Counted from the stretch's first letter, positions 29,540 through 40,400 are shown. The stretch: 64,000 nt of DNA from an uncultured bacterium (GCA_964525185.1 CAZGFQ010000006.1:3573-67572), one strand, 5' to 3'. Notes: generated by a model from the sequence alone, not told the origin. A program made the numbers and translations.

Positions 29540-31006
29540 TTAGTATGCTTTTGCGTAAACAACCTCGTGCATTGCAGGCTTCCCGGAATAAATACACGTT
29601 AATCCTTCAGGATTTTCATCTAATGGAATGCATCGTATAGTTGCTTTTGTTTCACTTTTAATGGTTGCTTCAGTTTCATCGCTTCCATCCCAGCCACATT
29701 TTACAAATCCGCCTTTAATTATTTGTTCTTTAAAGGCATCATAATTATCTACAGTATAAGTATGTTTATTTTGGAATTGTAACGCTTGCGAAAAAAGTCC
29801 ATTTTGAATTTCGTCTAATAAATGGGGAATAGATGAAATAGCCTCATCTAAAGATAGTACACTTTTTTCACCTGTGTCTCTTCTCGCTAAAACGGCTTTC
29901 CCGTTTTCAATATCTCTTGGCCCAACTTCTAAACGGAGAGGAACGCCTTTCAATTCCCATTCGTTAAATTTAAAACCAGGAGAATTATCTGTCCAATCTT
30001 CATAAAAACGAACATTTTTTTCTGTTAAAGATTTACGAATAGGGTCTAAATATTTTTTTACAGCTATTTGCTGTTCGTCATTTTTTGCGATAGGTATAAT
30101 AACAACTTGTATGGGAGCAATTTTTGGAGGAAGACGCAGCCCTTTATCATCTCCATGTGTTAAAATAACGGCACCAACTAATCGGGTACTGACGCCCCAA
30201 CTAGTCGCATAGACTAATTCTTCCCGATTGTCTTTTGTTTGAAATGTAACATTAAAGGCTTTTGCAAAATTTTGCCCTAAATTATGAGATGTTCCTGCTT
30301 GCAATGCTCGTTTATCTCCCATCATAGCTTCAATACAGTATGTTTTATCTGCACCAGCAAATTTTTCAGACTCTGTTTTGACTCCTGTTATTACAGGCAT
30401 CGCTAAATAATCTTCAGCTAATTGTCGATACAACTCTAAAATATCTAATGTTTCTTTCTGGGCTTCCTCTGCTGTAGCGTGAGCTGTGTGCCCTTCTTGC
30501 CATAAAAATTCCGATGTTCGTAAAAATAATCGAGTCCGCATTTCCCATCGAACAACATTCGCCCATTGATTAATTAATAACGGTAAATCGCGGTAAGATT
30601 GGATCCACTTTTTATACATGGACCAAATGACTGTTTCAGATGTGGGTCGAACAATAACTTCTTCTTCAAGTTTGGATTCTGGGTCCACAACAACGCCATG
30701 CTCAGGATCTGATTTTAGGCGTGTATGTGTTACCACAGCACATTCTTTAGCAAATCCTTCAACATGTTCTGCTTCTTGAGCTAAAAATGATTTTGGAATA
30801 AATAAGGGGAAATATGCATTAACATGCCCTGTTTCCTTTATCATTTTATCAAAAATATCTTTTATATTATCCCAGAGCTGGAAGCCATATGGTTTAATAA
30901 CCATTGTCCCTTTTACAGGTCCGTGCTCTGCGAGACCCGCTTTTGAAACAACTGCATTATACCAGGTTGAAAATTCTGTATCTCTTGAAGGTAATCCTTT
31001 ACTCAT
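29540..31006 (-). CDS. proS: Prolyl-tRNA synthetase (archaeal/eukaryote-like type)
   Basis: [34 protein letters not shown] plus class II motifs. At 488 aa it lacks the bacterial INS editing domain. Confidence 0.9.
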   Translation of the reverse strand: MSKGLPSRDTEFSTWYNAVVSKAGLAEHGPVKGTMVIKPYGFQLWDNIKDIFDKMIKETGHVNAYFPLFIPKSFLAQEAEHVEGFAKECAVVTHTRLKSDPEHGVVVDPESKLEEEVIVRPTSETVIWSMYKKWIQSYRDLPLLINQWANVVRWEMRTRLFLRTSEFLWQEGHTAHATAEEAQKETLDILELYRQLAEDYLAMPVITGVKTESEKFAGADKTYCIEAMMGDKRALQAGTSHNLGQNFAKAFNVTFQTKDNREELVYATSWGVSTRLVGAVILTHGDDKGLRLPPKIAPIQVVIIPIAKNDEQQIAVKKYLDPIRKSLTEKNVRFYEDWTDNSPGFKFNEWELKGVPLRLEVGPRDIENGKAVLARRDTGEKSVLSLDEAISSIPHLLDEIQNGLFSQALQFQNKHTYTVDNYDAFKEQIIKGGFVKCGWDGSDETEATIKSETKATIRCIPLDENPEGLTCIYSGKPAMHEVVYAKAY

Positions 31007-31150
31007 TGGTTCTCTCTTTATGATTTATAGACTTTAAAATTACCGGCGATCAGTGGGATGACCAATCATTTTAACCTCATTCAAAAAAATTAAAATTCAT
31101 TTTGAATTTAATTCTTGAGAGTCCACCAATAAGCATTTATTTTCTTCCCC

Positions 31151-32776
31151 GTGTTCTTATTCAATCGCTTTATTCTCACTTCACTCTTAATCTTAACAAC
31201 CACAACATTGATGGGAAAAACGCTCATAACAAATGGCCATTTTTACGGACTTCCAAACGTATCGTCCATCTCATGTGAAAAGGGTCGTATAACTTCTCTT
31301 AATCCTGATGAATTTCAGATCTATAATAATAGAATAGATTTAAATGGTGGCTGGGCATATCCCGGCTTCATTGATGGACATATGCATCTTGCTGGATTGG
31401 GTTGGTCTCTTGAAACATTAAACCTTGTTGGAACACCCAATAAACAGTCCATTTTATCCATCGTTGAAAAAGCAGCCTTAAAAACACCAGCGGGATACTG
31501 GATTCAAGGACGCGGGTGGGATCAAAATGATTGGCCAATTACATTTTATCCTACAGCAAATGATTTAGATCAAGTTTCGCCAGATCATCCGGTTGTATTG
31601 AGGCGAATCGACGGCCATGCTATTTGGGCAAATTCGCGAGCCATGGAAATAGCTGGAATATCAAATGAAATAATTGCGCCAAAGGGTGGGAAAATATTAT
31701 ATGATGAATCAAATAATCCAACAGGTGTCTTTATAGACAATGCGATGGATTTAATTACCGCGTTTATTCCAAAATCTACAAAAATTGATAAGTACCGACA
31801 AATAGCTAAAGCACAATTATTATTAAATTCACTTGGAATTACATCTATTCATGATGCTGGGACAGGTATCGAAGATATTGGAGCAATAGAGCAATTGATC
31901 GGTGAAAAGAATCTTTCAGTTCGTGTTTTCGCTATGTTAAATAATATTCCGGATGATTATGATTCATACTTGAAAAAAGGATCTACAGTTCAAACTCCAT
32001 TTTTAACAATTAGAACATTAAAGGTATTTATGGATGGTGCTTTAGGTTCAAGAGGAGCGGCATTATTAGAGCCTTATTCGGATGATTCAAACCAATCCGG
32101 ATTATTGTTTATGGACAAAAGTGCTCTTAGTTCGATTGTTGAAAAATTTAATAAAGCTGGGTTTCAAGTAAACACTCACGGAATTGGTGATAGAGCCATT
32201 CGAACCATATTAGACGCATATGAAGAATCTGGGAAAAAAGAAATGCGTAATCGTATCGAACATGCTCAAATTGTTCATCCGGATGATCTAAAGCGGTTTA
32301 AAGGGTTGGGTGTTATACCGGCAATGCAAGCAATCCACTGCACAAGTGATATGCCCTGGATACATGAACGATTAGGAGAAGAAAGATTGGACCGAGCTTA
32401 CCCTTGGCAATCTTTTTCTCAATTAGGTATTCCTATCTCTGGCGGTTCAGATGCACCTGTCGAATATCCTGACCCAATGGCTGGAATATATGCTGCAATT
32501 ACTCGTCAAAATTCATTGGGTCTTCCTGAAGGTGGATGGCAACCACAAGAGCGACTAACTCTTAAACAGGCTATTCAAATGTATACTGAATGGCCGGCGT
32601 TTGCATCCTTTGAAGAAAATGATAAGGGGAAAATTGAAGTGGGTTATTATGCTGATTTTACTGTATTAGACCAACCGCTTTCTGATAAAAATCCAAAAAT
32701 GATTTTAGAGACTAAAGTGATTCAAACAATTGTAAATGGAAACATAGTTTACCAATCTGACAATGAAACAAAATGA
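31151..32776 (+). CDS. Secreted metal-dependent amidohydrolase (Amidohydro_3-like)
   Basis: GTG start, signal peptide and the GFIDGHMHL metal-binding motif. Later His and Asp residues match the amidohydrolase fold. Confidence 0.75.
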   Translation: MFLFNRFILTSLLILTTTTLMGKTLITNGHFYGLPNVSSISCEKGRITSLNPDEFQIYNNRIDLNGGWAYPGFIDGHMHLAGLGWSLETLNLVGTPNKQSILSIVEKAALKTPAGYWIQGRGWDQNDWPITFYPTANDLDQVSPDHPVVLRRIDGHAIWANSRAMEIAGISNEIIAPKGGKILYDESNNPTGVFIDNAMDLITAFIPKSTKIDKYRQIAKAQLLLNSLGITSIHDAGTGIEDIGAIEQLIGEKNLSVRVFAMLNNIPDDYDSYLKKGSTVQTPFLTIRTLKVFMDGALGSRGAALLEPYSDDSNQSGLLFMDKSALSSIVEKFNKAGFQVNTHGIGDRAIRTILDAYEESGKKEMRNRIEHAQIVHPDDLKRFKGLGVIPAMQAIHCTSDMPWIHERLGEERLDRAYPWQSFSQLGIPISGGSDAPVEYPDPMAGIYAAITRQNSLGLPEGGWQPQERLTLKQAIQMYTEWPAFASFEENDKGKIEVGYYADFTVLDQPLSDKNPKMILETKVIQTIVNGNIVYQSDNETK

Positions 32777-33509
32777 ACAAAAAAGAATTCGTTCTTTAAT
32801 CCAAAAGAAATATCGAGAAAAGTTTGGGCAATTTCAAATTGAAGGATTACGCCTTGTAGAATCGGCTATCCTATCACAACCAAATAATGTTGAATTATAC
32901 TGGACAGAATCCTTTGAAGGCCATCATCCAATATTTGTAAATACCGTCATGGAAAAAGGGGTTGGCGTAACGCGTGTAACTGATAAAGAAATTCAATCCA
33001 TTTCACACACAGAAACGCCATCTGGTATTGTGGGTGTTTGCAAAAAACCTGAATTATCTCAACTCGATTTATCGCTAAAAAATAATTGGATATATCTTGA
33101 TAATATATCGGACCCTGGAAATCTTGGAACAATTATTCGTACAGCAACATGGTTTAATATAAACCATATTGCTCTTTCTCTTGGGTGCGTTGATCCGTAT
33201 AATCCAAAAACGGTACGAAGCGGTATGGGTTCACACTTTGATGTAAATATTTACTCAAGCCAAGAATTGACATTATTTAATACTGCGGGCTATCAAATAA
33301 TCGGGGCAGATATGTCCGGAGAAAATTTACGGACAGCTAAAATAACAAAACCGTGGACATTGGTCTTGGGAGGAGAGGCGCATGGGTTACAACATAAAGT
33401 TATTAATCAATGCGATAAAATGCTTTCAATTCCAAAATCAGGTAAAGGAGAATCATTAAATGTTGCTTCTGCATGTTCTATTATTTTATATGAATTATCA
33501 AATTCTTGA
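32763..33509 (+). CDS. TrmH/SpoU-family RNA 2'-O-methyltransferase
   Basis: SpoU motifs NLGTIIRTA, LVLGGEAHGL and IPKSGKGESLNVASACSIILYE. Confidence 0.85.
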   Translation: MKQNEQKRIRSLIQKKYREKFGQFQIEGLRLVESAILSQPNNVELYWTESFEGHHPIFVNTVMEKGVGVTRVTDKEIQSISHTETPSGIVGVCKKPELSQLDLSLKNNWIYLDNISDPGNLGTIIRTATWFNINHIALSLGCVDPYNPKTVRSGMGSHFDVNIYSSQELTLFNTAGYQIIGADMSGENLRTAKITKPWTLVLGGEAHGLQHKVINQCDKMLSIPKSGKGESLNVASACSIILYELSNS

Positions 33510-33584
33510 TCATTCTTTCATCGTTTAGTTTTAACTGATTGCGACGTAAATTTTGGGACATGAAAAAAAAGGATTCAGACTCTT

Positions 33585-34379
33585 GTGAACCAATCTCTGA
33601 CAGTACGCAGCGCCTTTGGCATTGTTTTTCTTTCGGTCCTAACCGCTTTTGTTCTTGGCGGTCTGGTCATGTGGATTGCTTTATCTAATCCTGATTCTGA
33701 TCAATCATTTTTAACTTATATTTCGTTTTTTATTGGGCAGGGATCCATGTTGCTGCCTTTATTTTATTATTTAAAAACCAGAAAACAATCTTTTGTATAT
33801 AGTTTACGGCTAAATCCTGTATCACCGCATATTATAATTCATTCCATCGTTTTGGCGATTGGATTTAGTATTATAAGTGATGAGTTAGGGCGAATAATCA
33901 ATCTTATTGTTCCCACACCAGATTATATTATAGACATCGATACTATTCTTATGCCAGATAACCCGCTGGGGTTTATCATGATGGTATTTGTATTAACAAT
34001 TATAGCTCCCGTTGGAGAAGAATTATTATTTAGAGGTTTTTTACAAAAATTTTTAGAAGACCATTGGAAAGATATTACACGGGCAGTTTTGGTTACAAGT
34101 TTATTTTTTGCCTTGATTCATTTGAACCCTTTTTGGGCAATACAGATATATATATTAGGCGTTGTTCTTGGATACGTTGCTTGGCGTACACAATCTGTTT
34201 ACCCAAGTTTAGTTTTTCACGGAGTCATTAATGGAATGGCGCTTCTAATTGGAGTTGGTCCTGAAACAGAACTCACCTTTTATATTTGGAATGGGCATGT
34301 GGCTTTGTGGGTTTTAGTTCCTGCTCTATTTTTGGTTTACCTTGGATTAAAAGGGATTAATCGGCAGCGGAGTACATAA
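33585..34379 (+). CDS. CPBP-family (CAAX) intramembrane glutamic protease
   Basis: EELLFRG, FALIHL and HGVINGM motifs within TM helices. Confidence 0.85.
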   Translation: MNQSLTVRSAFGIVFLSVLTAFVLGGLVMWIALSNPDSDQSFLTYISFFIGQGSMLLPLFYYLKTRKQSFVYSLRLNPVSPHIIIHSIVLAIGFSIISDELGRIINLIVPTPDYIIDIDTILMPDNPLGFIMMVFVLTIIAPVGEELLFRGFLQKFLEDHWKDITRAVLVTSLFFALIHLNPFWAIQIYILGVVLGYVAWRTQSVYPSLVFHGVINGMALLIGVGPETELTFYIWNGHVALWVLVPALFLVYLGLKGINRQRST

Positions 34380-35749
34380 TGAAAACAGAATTATTTGAGC
34401 ACGAAATAACGCTTCTTAGGGATACGTTTCGAAGACTACTTCGGAGACATGCACGTACAAACCTTGTAAAATTAATTCAAAAAACGCATACAGCAGATTT
34501 AGCTGTCATTTTTAGATATTTTTCTGAAGTTGAGCAAGAACAAGTTTTTAATTTGATGCGAGATGATGAAAGTACAGCAGAATTTTTAAGCGCATTAGAT
34601 GAATCAATTTTATCTAATATTTTAGAAAGAGAACAATCTGAACGTATCGCTATGATTGTTAGAGAGGCAGGATCCAACGATCAAGGCAATATTCTTAATT
34701 CATTATCTGAAGAAAAGACTCAATCCGTTTTAGAATTATTGCGCAGGGATGAACAGGAAGAAATTGAAGAAATATTAGCTTACCCTGAAGATAGTGCTGG
34801 ATCATTAATGTCAACTGATGTTTTTGCTCTTCATCAAGATTCAACATCTAGAGCAGCTTTAAAAGCCCTTCAAGATCAAGATGAAGCTGAAATGGCTTTC
34901 TATATATATGTTACAGATGATGATGAAAGATTGGTCGGCGTAATTAGTTTAAGAACGTTAGCCATTACTCATCCTGAAACACTATTAAGTGATATTATGA
35001 TAAAAAGTGTTCATATGGTTCGCGCAGAAACCGATCAAGAAGATGTAGCACAACTGGTAGCACAATATAATTATTTGGCTGTTCCTGTTGTAGATGGGGA
35101 TACACGATTATTGGGGATTGTAACCGTTGATGATGTTGTTGATGTTATTCGGGAAGAGGCTACGGAAGATTTTCTCCAAATGGCGGGTGCGGGTAAAGAT
35201 AGAGAAATTCTGAATAAATCAAGCTGGGATAATGCTAAAGCTAGACTCCCTTGGTTGTTTGCTAGTTGGTTGGGCGGAATTTTAGCCGCAACCGTAATTG
35301 GTGTTTATGAGGATGTTCTTCAAAGTACCATTGCCCTTGCTGCATTTATTCCCGTCATTATGGGTATGGGTGGAAACATTGGAACACAATCTTCAACCAT
35401 TGTTGTGCGAGGAATTGCTACAGGGCGTGTTGATTTTGGTAGTGAATTTAAAATTATCATGAAAGAAGTGACTGTTGGTTTTATTCTAGGCGGATTATAT
35501 GGAATTCTACTAGGCTTATTTGCCATGTTTCGATTCATTGATGCGCCTGCATATTTAGGTTTAGTTGTTGGTCTAAGTATTGGATTATCTATGTTGGTTG
35601 CTGCCGCGGTCGGCACGATTATTCCGCTTTTTCTAAGAAAAGTAGACATTGATCCAGCAATTGCTACAGGGCCATTTGTGACAACAAGTGTTGATATTGT
35701 TGGTGTATTGCTCTATTTCGTTATTGCTACTTCATTTTTAAATCTATAA
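34379..35749 (+). CDS. mgtE: Magnesium transporter MgtE
   Basis: MgtE N-domain, a CBS pair and a C-terminal TM domain with GMGGNIGTQSSTIVVRG. Confidence 0.9.
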   Translation: MKTELFEHEITLLRDTFRRLLRRHARTNLVKLIQKTHTADLAVIFRYFSEVEQEQVFNLMRDDESTAEFLSALDESILSNILEREQSERIAMIVREAGSNDQGNILNSLSEEKTQSVLELLRRDEQEEIEEILAYPEDSAGSLMSTDVFALHQDSTSRAALKALQDQDEAEMAFYIYVTDDDERLVGVISLRTLAITHPETLLSDIMIKSVHMVRAETDQEDVAQLVAQYNYLAVPVVDGDTRLLGIVTVDDVVDVIREEATEDFLQMAGAGKDREILNKSSWDNAKARLPWLFASWLGGILAATVIGVYEDVLQSTIALAAFIPVIMGMGGNIGTQSSTIVVRGIATGRVDFGSEFKIIMKEVTVGFILGGLYGILLGLFAMFRFIDAPAYLGLVVGLSIGLSMLVAAAVGTIIPLFLRKVDIDPAIATGPFVTTSVDIVGVLLYFVIATSFLNL

Positions 35750-35762
35750 CTAAGACGAAAGT

Positions 35763-36854
35763 ATGAGTTTCTTTCTTTTTTTATCTTTGGCGGTTTATGC
35801 TGGTTATATATTCTATATAATTATTGGTTTATTTCGATATGAAGATAAAAGTTATAATGAATTACCACATAAATCTGTATCAATTGTAATAGCTGCACGG
35901 AATGAAGAAAATAATCTAGAATCACTTTTGAATGATATTGTTCTTCAAGATTATCCGTTAGACTTGTTAGATGTATCTATTATTGATGATCGATCTACAG
36001 ACAAAACATGGGATATTATAACGAGTTTTTCTAGAAAATATACCTTTATTAAGGGGTTACAAATTCAAGAATTGTCTGAAGAAATGACACCTAAAAAGAA
36101 TGCCCTTACAAAAGCTATTGAATCAACATCTGGAGAAATAATTGTTACAACAGATGCAGACTGTAGGGTTCAAAAAACTTGGGTCTCTTCTATGGTTAAT
36201 TCTTTGAGCGATAATTACTCTATTTCAATTGGATATTCACAAACAGACATTTCGTCGGATTCTCTATTCCATCGTTTGCAGAATATGGATTTTTTAGGAA
36301 TTATGGCTGCGAATGCGGGTGCGGCTGGCTGGGGAAACTATTGGTCAGGTTCTGGGCAAAATCTTGCTTATTTACGATCTGCTTTTGAAGAAATAGGTGG
36401 TTTTAACCCCGTTCATTATCGTATTTCTGGAGATGATATGTATTTGGTTCAATCTATATCCAAAACGGGGACAGCTACTTTTAATATTGATTTAGCGGGT
36501 GCTGTTAAAACAACCCCCACGGAAACATTAGAACAATTTGTTAATCAGCGATCTCGTTGGGCCTCAAACTCTCGACGAATGTCAGAAGGATCTTACTCTT
36601 TTTTTCTTTTCTTAGTAGCTGCTTTTTTAAGTAATGTATTTATTCTTATATCTTTTATTTTCGGATCTGGGCCTTTTTTCTTAGCATTCTTAATAAAATT
36701 TTTATTCGAAGGCGGTGTGCTCTTTTTGGGAGGGCAATTGTTTAAAACAACCACCCCATTTTATGTTTATATATTATGGTCTCTCGTTCAACCCTTCTAT
36801 ATCCCCGCAATAGCAATAATGGGATTGAATGATAAGTTTAGCTGGAAGTCTTAA
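35763..36854 (+). CDS. Membrane-embedded family-2 glycosyltransferase of the processive type
   Basis: VSIVIAARNEE, DDRSTD, TDADC and the QRSRW (QxxRW) motif, flanked by N- and C-terminal TM helices. Confidence 0.8.
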   Translation: MSFFLFLSLAVYAGYIFYIIIGLFRYEDKSYNELPHKSVSIVIAARNEENNLESLLNDIVLQDYPLDLLDVSIIDDRSTDKTWDIITSFSRKYTFIKGLQIQELSEEMTPKKNALTKAIESTSGEIIVTTDADCRVQKTWVSSMVNSLSDNYSISIGYSQTDISSDSLFHRLQNMDFLGIMAANAGAAGWGNYWSGSGQNLAYLRSAFEEIGGFNPVHYRISGDDMYLVQSISKTGTATFNIDLAGAVKTTPTETLEQFVNQRSRWASNSRRMSEGSYSFFLFLVAAFLSNVFILISFIFGSGPFFLAFLIKFLFEGGVLFLGGQLFKTTTPFYVYILWSLVQPFYIPAIAIMGLNDKFSWKS

Positions 36855-37542
36855 AGTGAAATTTATCATTATTCTGGCGTTTACATCTATTCTTTCAGCT
36901 CATCAGTACATTGTTTCAATTTTTGGAATTCCGATTGTGGATGTTAAAATGAGTCAAAATAATGCCACGTCTCTTTCGTTTGAAACAAAAACGGTAGGTA
37001 TCTTTAACACCCTTTGGCCCACAAACAATAAATATTCTGTTGTATTCGATTCAACCACATTTGGCATACAATCATATGAAAAAGATATAAATCAGGGTGA
37101 ATTTAACCAGTCTCTTTCTGCTGATTATAATTATAAAACGCAAACTTTAGACTATAAAGATGGACCTTCTATTTCTCTGGATAATTCATGTAAAACAATT
37201 TTAACTTTGTTAGCTTGGGTTCAAAACCCACCATCTAAACGAATTGATGCAAAATGGTTACCCATGGAACATGAAGGTGATTTATACGAATTTCGTCTCC
37301 TTTTAGCTGATACACCCTATGTGCATGTTTTGGACGACTCTACTTTAACCGATCATTATCGATTAGATTTGAAATTAAAAGAATCTGGAAAATTCCTTGA
37401 TAGAACCGATTATTTTATGGAAAATATTGTTATGCCTGGGATGGTAAAACAATTATGGATAGAACATGAATACCCTTACCGAATTATACAAGCATCTGTT
37501 TCTGTATGGAATTTGGATGTAAAGGCATTGCTAAATGAGTAA
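36829..37542 (+). CDS. Secreted hypothetical protein
   Basis: The likely true start is the GTG at 36856, just after the GT2 stop, which gives the signal peptide (M)KFIIILAFTSILSAHQ. I recognise no motif. Confidence 0.5.
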   Translation: MISLAGSLKVKFIIILAFTSILSAHQYIVSIFGIPIVDVKMSQNNATSLSFETKTVGIFNTLWPTNNKYSVVFDSTTFGIQSYEKDINQGEFNQSLSADYNYKTQTLDYKDGPSISLDNSCKTILTLLAWVQNPPSKRIDAKWLPMEHEGDLYEFRLLLADTPYVHVLDDSTLTDHYRLDLKLKESGKFLDRTDYFMENIVMPGMVKQLWIEHEYPYRIIQASVSVWNLDVKALLNE

Positions 37543-37918
37543 AATATCATCTATTAAGAATCACAAAAGACAAATCCTAATCTGGATTATTATATTAATT
37601 GCAATTGTTTTAGCTCTCCGTTCGGGGATTGATGAAAAAATTGTCGTATTTGTTACATTGGTATTGGGGGTATTTACGCAAATATTTGCTGGATTAGGTG
37701 CATTAATTGCGCTTGTCCCATTTGTGGGGCCACTAATTATAAAAATATTAACCATTCCCATTTTTTGGGTTTTAAATGCTATGGGATATGTTGTGTCTGG
37801 TGTTGCTATTAAAAAAGGATATGCTCAAGAATTAGCAAAAAGTCGAATCGTTACATTGGGATTATTAATTGGAATCATCATTGGCTATATCATTGGCCAT
37901 ATTGTTCCGCTAAGGTAG
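37535..37918 (+). CDS. Small integral membrane protein, hypothetical
   Basis: 127 aa with about 4 hydrophobic helices. Overlaps the upstream gene by 8 nt. Confidence 0.5.
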   Translation: MSKISSIKNHKRQILIWIIILIAIVLALRSGIDEKIVVFVTLVLGVFTQIFAGLGALIALVPFVGPLIIKILTIPIFWVLNAMGYVVSGVAIKKGYAQELAKSRIVTLGLLIGIIIGYIIGHIVPLR

Positions 37919-37924
37919 AAAAAA

Positions 37925-38347
37925 ATGAAATTACTATTACTTCAAGGACCGAATTTAAATCTATTAGGTGTGAAAGCAACTGAATCAAGCAATACACTCA
38001 CATTAGACAAATTAAATCGTTCTATAAAAAAACATCTCCATATGAAGAATGTTGAATTAAAAATCTTACAAACACATAAAACATTTCAGGCAATCAATTT
38101 TATTCAACGGAATCGAAATTGGGCAGACGGTTTAATATTTATCCCAACATCTTGGGCTAAATATGAATGGTCAATTTTAGAAACAATCCAATTAACTAAA
38201 ATAAAAATGATTCAAGTAAAATTTAAACATCCATTTTCCTTTTCCGGTTCTGACGACAAATCTATATTTGATTCTATCGCAGATGAAACTTTTATAGAAT
38301 TACCCAATGAAGCATGTCATCATGCATTTGATTATTTTTTAAAATGA
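37925..38347 (+). CDS. Type II 3-dehydroquinase (AroQ)-like protein lacking the catalytic residues
   Basis: The N-terminus MKLLLLQGPNLNLLG matches AroQ. The RxxxxYG lid, NPGA, HTS and H(I/L)SN motifs are replaced by VKATESSNT, IPTS, AKYEWS and KFKHP. Confidence 0.6.
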   Translation: MKLLLLQGPNLNLLGVKATESSNTLTLDKLNRSIKKHLHMKNVELKILQTHKTFQAINFIQRNRNWADGLIFIPTSWAKYEWSILETIQLTKIKMIQVKFKHPFSFSGSDDKSIFDSIADETFIELPNEACHHAFDYFLK

Positions 38348-39084
38348 AAATAGCCTTATTTATTCTTTTATCATTTTCCTCAATTTTTAGCCAACAGGAT
38401 TTTGGGGAAGATCCTTTGAATTCTCCCATGCATGTTTTTTCTCTTCCTCGTCAAATCGCACATCAAAAAAGCAAAGCACCTGGAAGGCCAACATTAGCTC
38501 ATTTTGATTCACTTGAGTTATTACTTCCCTGTCGTGGTGTTCCTGTCCCAAAAAGGGCATCTCGATTGCCAAATGCTCCTCGCACTTATAGAAGTGGGAC
38601 TCACCGCGGGATAGACTTTTTTGCAAACTGGGGAACATCAATATTTGCGCCAGCTGACGGTGTCGTTGTGCGAGCAGATCATCATTATAAAGAAGTGCCT
38701 CCCAAATTTCGTATTGACTTGTTAGAAGAAAGCGCTCAAGTTGGACAAACACCTTCCGATGTTTTTCATAATATTTTATTGGGAAAAGCTGTCTTTTTAG
38801 ATCATGGGTTTGATCTCGTTCCTGGATATCGTGTTATTACAATTTATGCTCATCTGTCTACCATCGATAAAGAAATTGTCCCGGGAGCGCGTGTGGACCG
38901 TGGGGATTTTCTCGGAAGAAGTGGAAATACAGGTACAAAAGATTCAACACTTGGAACACGTGCCGGTGCTCATCTTCACTGGGAATTAATTCTACAAGAT
39001 GCAAACGGGGAATATTATTTGGGGCAAGGATTCCCGTATAGCGATTTGTATAATATGTTAAATCGTATTTTTGTTACGGAGTAA
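38344..39084 (+). CDS. M23-family metallopeptidase
   Basis: Signal peptide plus HRGIDF and HLHWEL zinc-ligand motifs. Confidence 0.85.
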   Translation: MKIALFILLSFSSIFSQQDFGEDPLNSPMHVFSLPRQIAHQKSKAPGRPTLAHFDSLELLLPCRGVPVPKRASRLPNAPRTYRSGTHRGIDFFANWGTSIFAPADGVVVRADHHYKEVPPKFRIDLLEESAQVGQTPSDVFHNILLGKAVFLDHGFDLVPGYRVITIYAHLSTIDKEIVPGARVDRGDFLGRSGNTGTKDSTLGTRAGAHLHWELILQDANGEYYLGQGFPYSDLYNMLNRIFVTE

Positions 39085-40348
39085 TATATTTTGGATTTAA
39101 CCAAATATCATTAGATGTTAAAATTCTGTTTGATAAAATATCAAACGTTAACCCTTTTTCCGCTTTTAGTTTTTGACTAAGTATTAAGTTCAGAATTTCT
39201 ACCTGCTCCGTCTTTTCTAATTCTCTATTCAATATTTCTTTTGACACATATTCATTAGCAATGGATTCTTTCACGCCTAAGTGCCGATGAATAATATCTT
39301 CAAACGTTTTTAAAATTGAATATCTATTATAAATCGGTGAACCATATATTGCTTTAACAAGTCGAGCTTCATTTAAAAACCATGTTAAATATTTTGGTTC
39401 TCCATTTAAACTTCCAATCGGTAAGGCAAAGGCTACTTTATTTAAATACGAAATAGATATATTTTGATTCAATTCAAGCTTAATAGCTTGCGTCACTTTA
39501 AATAAACTATCGATAGCGTCATGAGAAAAAGTAAAATTATATTTTTTAATTAATGCTTTTTCCGCCTTCTCTTTTTGAATCCGATATTCAGGTGTTTTTC
39601 CAGATTTGATTAAATGGATAATTGACTTTTTTGCATCATCAAAGGGTGGCTGGGGAGCTGATTTTGTTCCATAAACACGAATTAAGTGATAGCCAAATGG
39701 GGATTCAAATGGGCCAACAATTGTTCGCGGTGATGCATTCCATGCTTCATATAAAACTTCTGGAAGCATATTTCCCCAAAAAATGAATCCTAAATCTCCA
39801 CCTTCAACTTTCATTAAAGGATCATCTGTGTAAAAACGTGCCGCTTTTTCAAAATCCAATTCGCCACTTTCTATTCTTGATACAATATTGTTTGCTATAG
39901 TCAGTGCTTCTTCTTTCGTTCGGGTTGTTTTTGTTTTATGACCCCAGCGGTGAGAAATTAAAATATGTCTCATACCCACTGTTTTATGAAGCTTTTGATA
40001 AGCATCGTGGACAACACTATCAGATAATGTGTTTACCCAAATAACTTTGCTAAATAGGGAATCTATTGATATTTGATGTTTTTTGATCTCAACTTGCGTT
40101 TGAACATATTTACGGTTTTGTAAATCTGCATCATAACCTTCTTTTAGAAGAATTTCATTAACAGCGCATTGCTTTAATGCCATTTCTCGTTCATTTGATG
40201 GCATTGAATTAAAAGTCTTTTTTGGTGATGTTCTATATAGTGCATCTTCAAAAACTGATTCGCCGTTGATCGTTAAAACCGACTCTTTTTTTGACGAGCA
40301 GGAAAAGAATAATAAAAATATAAATGAATTAATTAGGATTTTTTTCAT
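39074..40348 (-). CDS. Periplasmic parvulin-type peptidyl-prolyl isomerase (SurA/PpiD-like), probable lipoprotein
   Basis: Lipobox-like LLFFSC, and a parvulin core (MRHILI, GGDLGFI, GPFESPFGYHLIRV). Has an 11-nt convergent overlap with the M23 gene. Confidence 0.8.
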   Translation of the reverse strand: MKKILINSFIFLLFFSCSSKKESVLTINGESVFEDALYRTSPKKTFNSMPSNEREMALKQCAVNEILLKEGYDADLQNRKYVQTQVEIKKHQISIDSLFSKVIWVNTLSDSVVHDAYQKLHKTVGMRHILISHRWGHKTKTTRTKEEALTIANNIVSRIESGELDFEKAARFYTDDPLMKVEGGDLGFIFWGNMLPEVLYEAWNASPRTIVGPFESPFGYHLIRVYGTKSAPQPPFDDAKKSIIHLIKSGKTPEYRIQKEKAEKALIKKYNFTFSHDAIDSLFKVTQAIKLELNQNISISYLNKVAFALPIGSLNGEPKYLTWFLNEARLVKAIYGSPIYNRYSILKTFEDIIHRHLGVKESIANEYVSKEILNRELEKTEQVEILNLILSQKLKAEKGLTFDILSNRILTSNDIWLNPKYITP

Positions 40349-40400
40349 CGCGGAAATTAAAGGAAAACAATAATGTGAAAAATGAGAAAAGGGTTAAAAT

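Noticed and set aside
39074-39084. The 11-nt convergent overlap of the M23 peptidase and parvulin PPIase genes as a regulatory feature.
   Set aside because: Short 3'-3' overlaps are common in compact genomes. No hairpin or other signal is associated with it.
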